Positions 33,838 to 45,253 of a stretch of DNA of 64,000 nt are shown here, in pieces. The notes beneath the pieces were generated by a model. It worked only from the letters and a program-made list of their open reading frames with translations. It was not told the DNA's origin and made no database searches. Numbering within the stretch: position 1 is the stretch's first letter; every line of letters begins with the position of its first letter. Origin of the DNA: Dehalococcoidia bacterium (GTDB lineage: Bacteria; Chloroflexota; Dehalococcoidia; Lucifugimonadales; UBA1127); the NCBI GenBank assembly GCA_965249315.1, contig OZ252225.1:2214814-2278813 (forward strand), written 5' to 3'. The position numbers and the translations under genes were made by a program.

Positions 33838-34796
33838 GACGCCACCGCCGTAGGGCTCATGCGCTTCTCCTCTCGTTGGACGACGTCGGCCAGTGCTCGA
33901 ATGAACTGGGGCATGGTGTTGAGCGCGCCGGCGCGGTAGAGGCGGAGGCCCGCACCGTCCGCCTGCTCACGCGCTGCGATGTCGATGTCGTAGAGCAGCT
34001 CCAGGTGGTCCGCCAGGAACTGGACCGGTGCCACGAGGACGGAGCGGTGTCCGGCCTGCCGCAGCTCCGGGAAGAGCTCGGTGAGGTCCGGTCGCAGCCA
34101 CTCCTCGGGAGCGTGGCCTGCGCTCTGGTAGGCGAAGCGCCAACGCTCGTCGGGGATGCCGACCGCTTCCGCGACGAGGCGGGCCGTATCCCGGAGCTGG
34201 TCCATGTAGCTTGGCTCCCGGTCGGCGACGGTCTTCGGCAGGCTGTGGGCGGTCAGCAGCAGAGGGATGCGCTCGCGGTCTGAGGCGGGGAGGCCATCGA
34301 GCGCCTCGCGGACACGCTGGGCCAGGGCATCGACGAAGACCGGGAGGGTGTGCCAGGGTCCGGCGACGCGCGTGGGGACGGGGCGAGGAAGCGTCTCTCG
34401 CGCCTCCTCCAATGCCCGCAGATAGCCGCCCATGATCACGTCCGAGTACTGGGGAGACATGACGAGGGCCACCACCTGCTCGGCGCCGTCCGCTGCCAGG
34501 CTCGCGAGGGCGTCGGCGATCCAGGGCTGGGCGTGGCGCATGCCGACTTCGACGCGGTACGCGCCGTCGCCGTGGGCGTTGAGGCGCGCTTCGAGGGCGG
34601 CGGCCTGCTCGCGGGTGAGGCGGGTGAGGGGGGAGCCGCCGATGAGGCGATAGCGACGCTGCATTTCGGCAACGACTTCGGGCGACATGGGGCGACCACC
34701 GCGGACGCGTGCGAGGTATTCGGGCACCTCGTCGGGCGAGGAGGGGGTACCGAAGCTCATGAGCAGGACGCCAGTGAGGCCGCGGGAGGCAGTCAT
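33834..34796 (-). CDS. hemH: Ferrochelatase (or coproporphyrin ferrochelatase)
   Basis: LLMSFGTP, a YRLIGGSPL-like block and LLLTAHSLP are ferrochelatase signatures. Confidence 0.9.
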   Translation of the reverse strand: MTASRGLTGVLLMSFGTPSSPDEVPEYLARVRGGRPMSPEVVAEMQRRYRLIGGSPLTRLTREQAAALEARLNAHGDGAYRVEVGMRHAQPWIADALASLAADGAEQVVALVMSPQYSDVIMGGYLRALEEARETLPRPVPTRVAGPWHTLPVFVDALAQRVREALDGLPASDRERIPLLLTAHSLPKTVADREPSYMDQLRDTARLVAEAVGIPDERWRFAYQSAGHAPEEWLRPDLTELFPELRQAGHRSVLVAPVQFLADHLELLYDIDIAAREQADGAGLRLYRAGALNTMPQFIRALADVVQREEKRMSPTAVAS

Positions 34797-35860
34797 CGTC
34801 CGTCCGTCCCGTTGGCCGTCTCGGCGTGGACGAACTCCACAAGGCGGGCGAGGACATCAGGATCGGTCTGGGGCAGGACGCCGTGGCCGAGGTTGAAGAC
34901 GTGGCCGGGGCGACCTCCGGCGCGTCGGAGGACGTCCTGCGCGCCGTCCTGCACAGCTTTCCAGGACGCAAGGACCATGGCGGGGTCCAGGTTGCCCTGG
35001 ATGCCGCGGTCGTGGCCGATGCGCGCCCAGGCGTCGTCGAGGCCCATTCGCCAGTCGACGCTCATGATGTCGCTGCCGGCGCTGGCCATGAGCTCGAGGA
35101 GGGAGGCTGCGCCCGTGCCGAAGTGGACGGTGGGGACGCCCATGGGCTGGAGCTCGCTGAAGATTCGGCGGGAGTAGGGCAGCACAAAGGCCTCGTAGTG
35201 GGCGGGGGAGAGCGCGCCCACCCAGCTATCGAACAGCTGAATGACCTGCGCGCCCGCTTCGACCTGGCCCCGGAGGTACCGCACCATGACCTCCGTGATG
35301 GACTCCATGAGGCGGTGCCACAGGGGTGGGTTGCCGAACATCATGGCCTTGGCCTGGGCGTAGTCCCGGGAGGGCCGCCCCTCGACGAGATAGCAGGCGA
35401 TGGTGAAGGGCGCGCCGCTGAAGCCCAGGACCGCCGCCCTCTCTCCAAGCTCCCTGCGGAGGATGCGGACGGTCTCGAAGACGTAGGGGGTGGCCTCCTC
35501 GGCCTCGACGATGCGGATGGCGTCGACGTCCGCCTCGGTGCGGACGGGGTGCTCGATGATGGGGCCGACGTCGGGCTGGATGCCGTAGGGGATGCCCATG
35601 CCCTCGAGGGGCAGCATGATGTCGGCGAAGAGGACAGCGGCGTCGACGCCCAGGCGCTCCACGGGCATGATGGCGACCTGGGCGGCCAACTCCGGGGTGG
35701 TGGCGAGGGTGAGGATGTCGTAGCGCTCCCGCAGCTTACGGTAGTCGGCAAGAGAGCGCCCGGCCTGTCGCATGAACCAGACGGGCGTGGCATCGACGGG
35801 CTGGCGGCGGCAGGCCGCCAGCATTCGCTGGGTCCCGGTCATGGCGGGTACGGTGGTCAT
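34793..35860 (-). CDS. hemE: Uroporphyrinogen decarboxylase
   Basis: PVWFMRQAGR, the HemE signature, lies near the N-terminus. I chose the ATG at 35860 (MTTVPAM...) because the longer track ORF extends into repeat DNA. Confidence 0.9.
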   Translation of the reverse strand: MTTVPAMTGTQRMLAACRRQPVDATPVWFMRQAGRSLADYRKLRERYDILTLATTPELAAQVAIMPVERLGVDAAVLFADIMLPLEGMGIPYGIQPDVGPIIEHPVRTEADVDAIRIVEAEEATPYVFETVRILRRELGERAAVLGFSGAPFTIACYLVEGRPSRDYAQAKAMMFGNPPLWHRLMESITEVMVRYLRGQVEAGAQVIQLFDSWVGALSPAHYEAFVLPYSRRIFSELQPMGVPTVHFGTGAASLLELMASAGSDIMSVDWRMGLDDAWARIGHDRGIQGNLDPAMVLASWKAVQDGAQDVLRRAGGRPGHVFNLGHGVLPQTDPDVLARLVEFVHAETANGTDGR

Positions 35861-36054
35861 GCATTCCCTCCGGCGGCAACAGGGTAGCAGAGGGGCGGCT
35901 GGCAGCGTCAAGTGGTGCTCTTGCTTGGGGAGGCGCGGGTTGGGATGCCAGTCCGATGTTCTTCTTGGAGGGAGCGGCCACACGCGTCTCGCGGCGGACC
36001 CTCCCCACCCATGGATTCCGGCTCGGGGGGAATGACGAAAGGGGTGAAGCTCGG

Positions 36055-36426
36055 CTACCCTCCGGCCTGGACGACGACCTGCCCGCCGTCCCGGACCTGG
36101 ATACTCAGGTCATGGTCTTCCATGAGAGCCATTCCCACCAACGGGTCCCCGCCAACCGCGCCGGTCTCGACGGCTCTGGGTTGACCGTCCCAGAGCACCG
36201 TGACGCTATGGACGTCAAAGACCGCCTCGCTGCCGTCGGCCAAGACCGCCTCGCCATCGCCTACGACAGGCAGTCCCAAGTCAGCTACCAGCATCGGCGG
36301 CAGGGTCAGAAAGCCGTTGAAGCCGGTGTCAACCACGGCGTCGACTTTTTTCGTCTGCCCTGCGGAGCCCAGCAGGGAAACGGTTATGATGGCTTCGAGA
36401 TGGGCATTGACGACACCCTCTATCAC
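36055..36426 (-). CDS. Retropepsin-like (clan AA) aspartic protease, small stand-alone form
   Basis: VVDTGFNGFLTLP (D-T-G active site) and PLVGMALM. The GTG at 36424-36426 overlaps the upstream gene's stop (GTGA). Confidence 0.7.
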   Translation of the reverse strand: MIEGVVNAHLEAIITVSLLGSAGQTKKVDAVVDTGFNGFLTLPPMLVADLGLPVVGDGEAVLADGSEAVFDVHSVTVLWDGQPRAVETGAVGGDPLVGMALMEDHDLSIQVRDGGQVVVQAGG

Positions 36427-36686
36427 CCGGCTCTCCGAAGGGAGCTGCCTCCGAAGCGATACAGCGTCCGGTGTCCGACCCGCATCAGCCAGACCTGGGC
36501 GTCCGGGTGCTGGCTCCGCAGTCCGTCGGACGCGACAATGGCATTCTTGCCGAGGGCGTAGCTTCCGCTGCCAACGTCGATGGCGACGACCTCCCCATGA
36601 TGGTCGGCCTCGACAAGAGGGCGAATGTCCCTCTCGTATATCTCTTTCCCGATGCGAGCCGTCTCTTCGCGGGAGCGGATTGTCAT
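36423..36686 (-). CDS. Small hypothetical protein, translationally coupled partner of the aspartic protease
   Basis: 87 aa from the ATG at 36686 (MTIRSREETARIGKEIYERDIRPLVE...). I recognise no known motif. Confidence 0.55.
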   Translation of the reverse strand: MTIRSREETARIGKEIYERDIRPLVEADHHGEVVAIDVGSGSYALGKNAIVASDGLRSQHPDAQVWLMRVGHRTLYRFGGSSLRRAG

Positions 36687-36779
36687 GCTGACCTCGTTGC
36701 GTACTATGGGGCGCACTCCTACGCTTGAGATTGTACGATGGCCGGCGGCTTCGAGACAAGAAAAAGGCCCGCACATACA

Positions 36780-36935
36780 ACGCCTGGGTTCCAGCCTTCG
36801 ATGGAACGACGGAACTCGCCCACCCCTCTACGGAACGGGGGTACGCTCTCACCCCTGCCCTCTCCCCGGGGAGAGGGCAGGGGGACCCTTTGACGGGCTC
36901 AGGGTGATGGTTCGACAGGCTCACCATGAGCGGCG
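36780..36935. repeat. Intergenic mosaic repeat block
   Basis: Contains the hairpin cacccctgccctctccccggggagagggcagggg and a doubled, degenerate copy of the cccttcgacaagctcagggtgagcgg module (36886-36933). Confidence 0.75.
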
Positions 36936-36987
36936 TTCGACGGGCGTAGCCTTCCTTTTGCCTGGCGGGTCTGGCACACTTGAGGGT

Positions 36988-37449
36988 GTGAAGAGCGCGG
37001 TGATTGGTTCGTCGTTGGTGCGAGTGGTGCTGCGGGGGCGCTGGGGGAGCGCCCTGGCGGTGCTAGTGACGGGCGCTCTGCTGCTCCCGGCGGTGGGGCC
37101 GCTGCTTGACCACCACTACGCAGAGAGGGTGCCGGGCCACCTCCATCTCGCGGGCGTCTCCGCCGCCCATGCGCATCCGTATGAAGTCGACCACCGGCAC
37201 GCGTACGGAGGGGCGTACACGGACGCTTCCGGAGCGCCGCTCTCGGAGGGAAGCGCGGGCTACCTCCTTCCGCAGGAGGAGGCGGCGGGAAGCTCGTCTG
37301 GAAGCGGCCTCACGCACCTGCTCCTCCTTGCGATGTTCGCTCTTCTTGTGCCGCCCATGCTTGCGCTGATTGCGGCCCAGAGCCCTCCGTGGCTCAGGGC
37401 CTTCACCCCGCGAACGGAGCTGCCACCTCCCCGCCCCGCCGCTGCCTGA
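36988..37449 (+). CDS. Hypothetical His-rich membrane protein (start very uncertain)
   Basis: A TM-like ALAVLVTGALLLPAVGPLL is followed by HHYAERVPGHLHLAGVSAAHAHPYEVDHRHAYGG and a second TM. The upstream part of track ORF 36625.. runs through repeats and the minus-strand genes. Confidence 0.35.
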   Translation: MKSAVIGSSLVRVVLRGRWGSALAVLVTGALLLPAVGPLLDHHYAERVPGHLHLAGVSAAHAHPYEVDHRHAYGGAYTDASGAPLSEGSAGYLLPQEEAAGSSSGSGLTHLLLLAMFALLVPPMLALIAAQSPPWLRAFTPRTELPPPRPAAA

Positions 37450-37507
37450 GCCTCGACCTTCGCCTGCCGGCGCGAGCGTCCGGCGGGCCGTACATCAACC
37501 TACGCTT

Positions 37508-38095
37508 ATGGGTGCAACGGATATGCTGCGACGCGCGTGTACGACGTTGGTATCGGGCCTGGCCCTAGCCGCGGCCCTGGGCAGCCTGCTCCTTGGCATC
37601 GGGGCGAACACGGTAGCGGCGAACGGGCCGCACGTGGAGAGCCAGGAGATCTACAAGGGCCCCGCCGGGCCGTACGAGCTGAGGGTGCTGACTGCGCCGG
37701 TGGTGGGCACGCTCCACCTGAGCATCGCCGTGTTCGACGACGAGGGGCTTCCCGTGCCGGAGGTGCCGAGCATCGACGTGACCGGCCTAGGGCCGCGGGG
37801 CGACTCGCAAACGTCGGGGCCGGTGTCGGGCGTCGAGGTGTTCGCGAGCCCTGGGTGGTACGCGGCGGACCTGCCCGTCGAGTCGACCGGCGAGTGGACC
37901 CTTTCGGTCACGCTGACGGGGCCGCTGGGGCCGGGGGAGGTGGATTTCCCCGTCGAGGTGCAGTCGGGCAGCGGGACCAACTGGTTCGTCATCGGCGCGT
38001 TTGCGATCGTTCTCGTCCTTTTCGCACGAACGGCACTGTCGTGGCGGCGGAGGCGCGGTCGACCGGCGCCTCCCGGACGCGGAGGAGGAGCGTAG
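37508..38095 (+). CDS. Secreted, C-terminally anchored protein (YtkA/FixH-like Ig fold suspected)
   Basis: A signal-like N-terminus (LVSGLALAAALGSLLLG), a beta-rich middle and a C-terminal TM (WFVIGAFAIVLVLFA) plus an Arg-rich tail. An alternative ATG lies at 37523. Confidence 0.55.
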   Translation: MGATDMLRRACTTLVSGLALAAALGSLLLGIGANTVAANGPHVESQEIYKGPAGPYELRVLTAPVVGTLHLSIAVFDDEGLPVPEVPSIDVTGLGPRGDSQTSGPVSGVEVFASPGWYAADLPVESTGEWTLSVTLTGPLGPGEVDFPVEVQSGSGTNWFVIGAFAIVLVLFARTALSWRRRRGRPAPPGRGGGA

Positions 38096-38135
38096 CAGCC
38101 GACGTGAGCCCCATAGCAACGGAGAAGAGCGTCTG

Positions 38136-38831
38136 ATGAAGCTTCACAGAACACTTTGGGCAACCACTATTTCGACCGCCCTCGCCCTTGCGCTGCTCGC
38201 GTCCTGCGGCAACGGCGGCGGACCCGAGGAGCATACCTTCGAGATACAGATCGAGGATGGACAGCCGGCAGGGGGAGCGGCGGCCTATCGCGTCAAGCAG
38301 GACGATGCGGTGACGCTGGTGGTGACCTCCGACCAGCACGCCTCGCTCCACCTGCACGGGTACGACCTCACGGGGGTTGCGGCGCCTAGCCAGCCTGCAA
38401 CGCTGGAGGTCACGGCCAACGCGACGGGGAGCTTCCCGCTCACCGTCCACGTGGGAGGGGAGCGCGGACACGGAGAGGTGTTCGGCTCGCCGGTGATGCA
38501 GCCGGGGGACACATTCGCCTTCACTGTGCCCGAGGGGCTGGCGGGCGAGGACATCCTGTTCCACAGCCACTTCCACGCAGAGGTGACCGGCACGATCACC
38601 GTGGTGGATGATGCGGCGTTGCCGGACGCTGTGGAGATCGACGTGCGGGACTTGGCGGCGCATCCGCACCATGTCATGGTCAAGCCGGGCACGGAGATAA
38701 CCTGGCGAAACAGCGACTCGGTGAGTCACGGAATCGTGAGCGGGCGGCACCCCGATGATCAGGGGGAGGGAGGGCACTCCCATGAGACGGAGGAGATCGA
38801 GCTGGGGCGGCTGGAGGTCCACCCGCGCTAG
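38136..38831 (+). CDS. Lipoprotein with cupredoxin-like domain(s), His-rich
   Basis: Lipobox LALALLASCG. VMVKPGTEITWRNSDSVSHGIV is a cupredoxin-type strand pattern. His clusters HLHGYD, HSHFHAE and GGHSHE are present. Confidence 0.65.
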   Translation: MKLHRTLWATTISTALALALLASCGNGGGPEEHTFEIQIEDGQPAGGAAAYRVKQDDAVTLVVTSDQHASLHLHGYDLTGVAAPSQPATLEVTANATGSFPLTVHVGGERGHGEVFGSPVMQPGDTFAFTVPEGLAGEDILFHSHFHAEVTGTITVVDDAALPDAVEIDVRDLAAHPHHVMVKPGTEITWRNSDSVSHGIVSGRHPDDQGEGGHSHETEEIELGRLEVHPR

Positions 38832-38842
38832 CGGCGGGAGAC

Positions 38843-40405
38843 ATGGGTAGGGTGACCACCCGTATCCTGCCGGTCGTTGGGCTGGCGCTGCTGCTTCTCG
38901 CGTGGCCGGCGTCGTCGCTGTACGCGCACGGCTTCGGGGAGCGGTACGACCTGCCGGTGCCGCTGGGCCTGTACGTGGCGGGCTCCGGCGCGGCCGTTGC
39001 GCTGTCGTTCGTGGTCATCGGCCTGTTCGTGCGGGGGGCGCCGGGCCTGCGGGACTACCCCCGCCTCAACCTGCTGCGCTGGGTGGGGAAGGGGCCGGTG
39101 GGGCTCGCGTGGGGGGCGTCGGCGCTGCTGGCAAGGGTCGTGGCGGTGGCCATGTTCGTGCTGGTGCTGGCGGCGGGGCTCTTCGGGGATGCGGCGCCGA
39201 CGAAGAACCTCGCGCCGACCATGGTCTGGGTGATCTGGTGGGTGGGGTTGGCCTACGCCTCGGCGCTGGTGGGCGACGTCTGGGCGCTGGTGAACCCGTG
39301 GAAGACGCTCTTCGAGTGGGCGGAGGCGGCGCTGCGGCGGATTCGGCCGGGGGCGGAGCTGTCGCTGCGGAGGCCGTACCCCTCCGACTGGGGCGCATGG
39401 CCGGGCGTTGCGCTGTTCGCCTGCTTCGCCTGGGTGGAGCTGGTGTATGCGGACGCTGCGGTGCCGGTGCGCATTGCGCAGATGGGGCTGGTCTACTCCG
39501 CCATCACGTGGGCGGGGATGTTCGTCTTCGGCAAAGAGGTGTGGCTGCGGAACGGCGAGGCTTTCTCGCTGGCCTTCGGCTTCTTCGCCCGCTTTGCGCC
39601 GACGGAGATACGAGTGACCGACACGGCGGTGTGCGCTTCGTGCGCCGTCGACTGCGCGGACCGGGACGGTCGATGCATCGGCTGCGGGGACTGCTTCGGC
39701 CGAGCGCCGCGGGGGCAGCGTGAGGTGAGCCTGCGGCCATTCGCCGCGGGGCTGCTGCGGCATGAGACCGTCTCCACCTCCATGATGGTCTTCGTGGTGC
39801 TGCTGCTGGCGACGGTGACCTTCGACGGGCTGACCGCGACGCCGGCCTGGGTGGAGGTGTCGGGGTTCATCGCCAACTTCGTGTCGGGCTCGGCGGCGGT
39901 GGGCACCGTGGGCCTGGTTGCGGTCCCGCTGCTGTTCCTGGGCGTCTACCTGGGAGTCTGCGGCCTCATGGCCGCGGCGAGTGGGCGTCGCCCGTCCGTG
40001 GAGGAGCTGGCACCGGCTTTCGTCTACTCGCTGATACCCATCGCGCTGGCCTACCACCTGGCCCACTTCCTCTCCTTCCTGCTGGTCCAAGGGCAGGCGA
40101 TCATCCCGCTCGCGTCGGACCCCTTCGGGTCAGGGTCGGACCTGTTGGGCACCGCAGGCTACACGATCGACATCGGGATCGTGGGGGCGCGGTTCGCGTG
40201 GTTCACGGCAGTCATTGGGATTGTGACCGGGCACATCATCGCCGTGTACCTGGCGCACGCGGTGGCGCTGCGTACGCTGGGGGACCCGCTGGGGGACCGT
40301 GGGGCGGCGCTGCGGAGCCAGTACCCGATGCTGGCGCTGATGGTGGGGTACACGATGCTGAGCCTGTGGATCCTGGCGCAGCCGATCGTGGAGTCGGGGG
40401 GTTGA
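38843..40405 (+). CDS. Polytopic integral membrane protein with extracytoplasmic Cys cluster (hypothetical)
   Basis: 520 aa with at least 10 hydrophobic segments and the cluster [22 protein letters not shown]. It follows the cupredoxin lipoprotein gene by 12 nt. Confidence 0.7.
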   Translation: MGRVTTRILPVVGLALLLLAWPASSLYAHGFGERYDLPVPLGLYVAGSGAAVALSFVVIGLFVRGAPGLRDYPRLNLLRWVGKGPVGLAWGASALLARVVAVAMFVLVLAAGLFGDAAPTKNLAPTMVWVIWWVGLAYASALVGDVWALVNPWKTLFEWAEAALRRIRPGAELSLRRPYPSDWGAWPGVALFACFAWVELVYADAAVPVRIAQMGLVYSAITWAGMFVFGKEVWLRNGEAFSLAFGFFARFAPTEIRVTDTAVCASCAVDCADRDGRCIGCGDCFGRAPRGQREVSLRPFAAGLLRHETVSTSMMVFVVLLLATVTFDGLTATPAWVEVSGFIANFVSGSAAVGTVGLVAVPLLFLGVYLGVCGLMAAASGRRPSVEELAPAFVYSLIPIALAYHLAHFLSFLLVQGQAIIPLASDPFGSGSDLLGTAGYTIDIGIVGARFAWFTAVIGIVTGHIIAVYLAHAVALRTLGDPLGDRGAALRSQYPMLALMVGYTMLSLWILAQPIVESGG

Positions 40406-40409
40406 GATT

Positions 40410-40740
40410 CGCGGGCGCTTTTGCTTGGAGAGGTGGGGAATCGGGGGTTGGTTGGGCCCACCCGCCCACCCTCGGAAGTTTTTTGGTAACTGGGGGCACA
40501 TCCCCCAGAGCGGCTCGCCGCCCCAGAAGGAGGGGAGGCCCCTCTGGACTCCCCTGTGCCGAGCGCTACGCGCCGTTGGGTTCCGGCCAGCGCCGAATAC
40601 GGCAATGGTGCGGTGTTGGGGCGGGGCGTTGTTTGGAGACGGGACGCGTCGAGGTTCCCCTGTCTTCGCAGGAACGATTGCCCTTCGACAAGCTCAGGGT
40701 GAGCGGCCCCTTTCACTAGCAAAGGCGGAGGGGATAAGAT
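40410..40740. repeat. Intergenic mosaic repeat block
   Basis: Contains gggcccacccgcccaccctcggaagttttttggtaactgggggcacatccccca (a reverse-orientation copy of the 2319-2404 module) and cccttcgacaagctcagggtgagcgg at 40681-40706. Confidence 0.85.
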
Positions 40741-40746
40741 AAGGCC

Positions 40747-42830
<2,084 letters not shown>

Positions 42831-42834
<4 letters not shown>

Positions 42835-43061
42835 GAGTCGGAGGCGGGGCGCTGGCGGCGCAGCCACTCCTGAAGGCGTTCGTCGTTGCGGGGCTGGAAG
42901 ATGGAGCCCTCCCCGGGGAGGTCCATGAAGCGGGGGTCCGGCCTGGCAGGGCGTCGCAGCAGGTGGGACAGAAGGGGCAGGGTGGCCAGGCCGCCCACGG
43001 CCATGGCGAGCGTGCCCATGACGCGGCGCCGGGTGAATCGCATGTCGTCGCGTTTGTCCAT
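42831..43061 (-). CDS. Small hypothetical protein with twin-arginine-like signal
   Basis: 76 aa with [23 protein letters not shown] and an SD-like gggggaag upstream. Confidence 0.4.
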
Positions 43062-43129
43062 TCGGCGCTTCCCCCGTTGGTCCTGCTGTTTGCTCGTGTG
43101 ATTCTAGAAGAAATGGTGGGGAGCTGCAA

Positions 43130-43860
43130 GGCGGCAGGGCTTGCCCTGCACCCTCAGCTTGCGGCGTCGGGCTGTGGCGGAGTTTGTTCCTGTCGTATGG
43201 ACGATGGAGGCGGAGTGGTTGGGAGAGTTTCCCTACGGTAGACGTTGGCTGGGCCCACCCGCCCACCCTCGGAGGTTTTTTTGTAACTGGGGGCACATCC
43301 CCCAGGCCCCTTGCCAGAGGGGTCTCCCCTCTGGCTCCCCTTTGACGAGGGATTCGCGCCGGAAAGGCGGCAGGGCAAGCCCTGCATTTTCAGTTTGCGG
43401 CGTTGGGCTGTGGAGCGGTCTGGAGGATTTCCCTACGGTAGACGTTGGGTGGGCCCACCCGCCCGGCGGCAGAGCCGCTCTAGCTCCCCCCGCGCGGCCC
43501 CGCACCGGAGTTTTTTCTTCGGGGAGCTGCGCCCCCATACCCCCGCGGGGGAGACCTCACCGCGCCACCCCTGGGTTCTGGCCTTCGCCGGAACGACGAA
43601 GGGGGTCGCAGGGGCGACGGCCCTTCGACAAGCTCAGGGTGAGCGGTCCACGCACCCGGCGCGATGCGGCGGCATTGCCGCTCCAACCTGCCCCGCCTCC
43701 CCACCCGCCGCTCAGGCCCTTCGACAAGCTCAGGGTGAGCGGTCGTCTCACGCGGCGCTATAACTGTCGACCTCTCCCCCAGAAGAGGCGGCAGGGCAAG
43801 CCCTGCACCCTTAGCTTTCGGGCGTTGGGCTGTGGCGGAGGCTGGGGGCAGGGGGACGTT
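43130..43860. repeat. Large intergenic mosaic repeat block
   Basis: Three ggcagggca[ag]gccctgca... modules (about 43133, 43368 and 43788). Two tccctacggtagacgttgg+gggcccacccgccc modules (about 43220 and 43430). Two cccttcgacaagctcagggtgagcgg copies (43621-43646 and 43717-43742). One ccacccctgggttctggccttcgccggaacgacg. Confidence 0.9.
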
Positions 43861-43865
43861 TGTGG

Positions 43866-44372
43866 CTATTCGTCCAAGAGGGGGTTGATGCCTCGGACGT
43901 TGATGCCGTAGTCGAAGACCAGGTCTCCGCCTGTCAGACCGGACATGAACAAGAGGCCCGCGCCAGCGAAGACGACGACCAGAAACGGGACGGACGCTCC
44001 GCAATCCGATCCTCTTTGACGGGAGATGAAACGCCAGACGGTAACTGCAATGAAGAGTGCGGTCACCCCGAAGCTCCAGAACTGATGTGTCTCAATGATG
44101 TCATGCAGGTCCGTCTCCTCGTACGGGAAGTGAGAGACCAGCCCGGAGACTGTAGCGGCGATGGCGCCTAGAGTCCCGAGTACGAGCAGCAGCCATGTGG
44201 TCTGAAGCATCCCGGATTTGGGCCGGAGAACCACGTAGAGTGTCAGGGCTGCGAGCAGTACCAAGAGAGCAATCGGAAAGTGGACGATGATGGAATGGAG
44301 GTCTTCGATGGTGTCGGAGATGAGCTTTTCCAAGCCGTCCCCCAGTTCGTTGTGATGAGGCAGCGATGGCAC
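43866..44372 (-). CDS. DUF2231-like membrane protein
   Basis: 168 aa with four TM segments. The IVHFPIALLV motif near the first TM and the C-terminal GGDLVFDYG are typical of DUF2231. Confidence 0.7.
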   Translation of the reverse strand: MPSLPHHNELGDGLEKLISDTIEDLHSIIVHFPIALLVLLAALTLYVVLRPKSGMLQTTWLLLVLGTLGAIAATVSGLVSHFPYEETDLHDIIETHQFWSFGVTALFIAVTVWRFISRQRGSDCGASVPFLVVVFAGAGLLFMSGLTGGDLVFDYGINVRGINPLLDE

Positions 44373-44399
44373 TGCTCGCTATGGTACAACGCAGAGGAG

Positions 44400-44815
44400 C
44401 GGAAGGGGATAGGAGGGGGTCTATGAAAGCGGGACTGTGGCGGATGGAGGAGAGAGGGGGTGTCCCTACGATGCCACCTTAGTTGGGCCCACCCACCCGC
44501 CCGGCGGCAGTGCCGCCCTAGCTCTCGCCGCCTCCCCGCACCGCCGTCGCATTGCCCGCCCACCCCCCTGATATTTTTCTGTTGGGGGGCTGCGCTCCCC
44601 CAGACCCCCGCGTGGGGTGCGCCCATCCCCGCTACCCCTGGATTCCGGCCTGCGCCGGAACGACCCTGCGCCGGAACGACGACCCTTCGACAGGCTAAGG
44701 GTGAGCGGAATCAAGATGGAGGGTGTCCGCTCACTCGCCGCTGCGCGGCGGCCTCTCCCCAAGGAGAGGCGAGATGGGCTGGAAGAGGGCGGTTATAGCC
44801 GCGCAAACTCTTGAC
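44400..44815. repeat. Intergenic mosaic repeat block
   Basis: Contains gggcccacccacccgcccggcggcagtgccgccctagc..., a duplicated ctggattccggcctgcgccggaacgac, cccttcgacaggctaagggtgagcgg at 44683-44708, and the hairpin gcggcctctccccaaggagaggcg. Confidence 0.85.
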
Positions 44816-44872
44816 ACTGGGGCGAAGCTTGCGATAATCTTCACAAACCCTGGCCCTGGCTGAGGGGAGGCT

Positions 44873-45175
44873 ATGGGGTCCCACCTGGATCCGGACTACA
44901 TAACCGGCGCCAACTGGGACCAGCTTGGGGACACGCTGTTCTTCCTGTGGGGTGTCCCTCTGGTCGTGATTGTATTTGCTTTCTCCCTGCTGTTCGCCAG
45001 GGCCATCATTCCCTCACTGGTAACGTCGGGGCACCTTCCGACAAAGGTCTTCCAGCTGCGCCTGGTGCTCTACGGGGTCGCGGCTGTGGCGGTTGGGGTC
45101 CTAGTGTGGGTTGTCCTGAATTTCGTTCGGGAGATCCGCGTGATCGAAGACTTCTATTTCAAGTGGTGGATTTGA
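44873..45175 (+). CDS. Small two-TM membrane protein upstream of the ACIII operon
   Basis: 100 aa with a good SD (ggggagg) and two hydrophobic helices. Confidence 0.55.
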   Translation: MGSHLDPDYITGANWDQLGDTLFFLWGVPLVVIVFAFSLLFARAIIPSLVTSGHLPTKVFQLRLVLYGVAAVAVGVLVWVVLNFVREIRVIEDFYFKWWI

Positions 45176-45253
45176 GCAGCGGGCACCGATCCGGCGTCGC
45201 GGGGAGCACCGCGGTGACGGGCGGAGACGCCGGCTAGGGAGAAAGACGCTTCG

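Noticed and set aside
36055-36927. The 290-aa single ORF as one gene
   Set aside because: Only the C-terminal 123 aa show the retropepsin pattern. The upstream part overlaps, in another frame, the better small ORF 36423-36686 and runs into a repeat block. A GTG start overlapping that ORF's stop gives a cleaner two-gene model.
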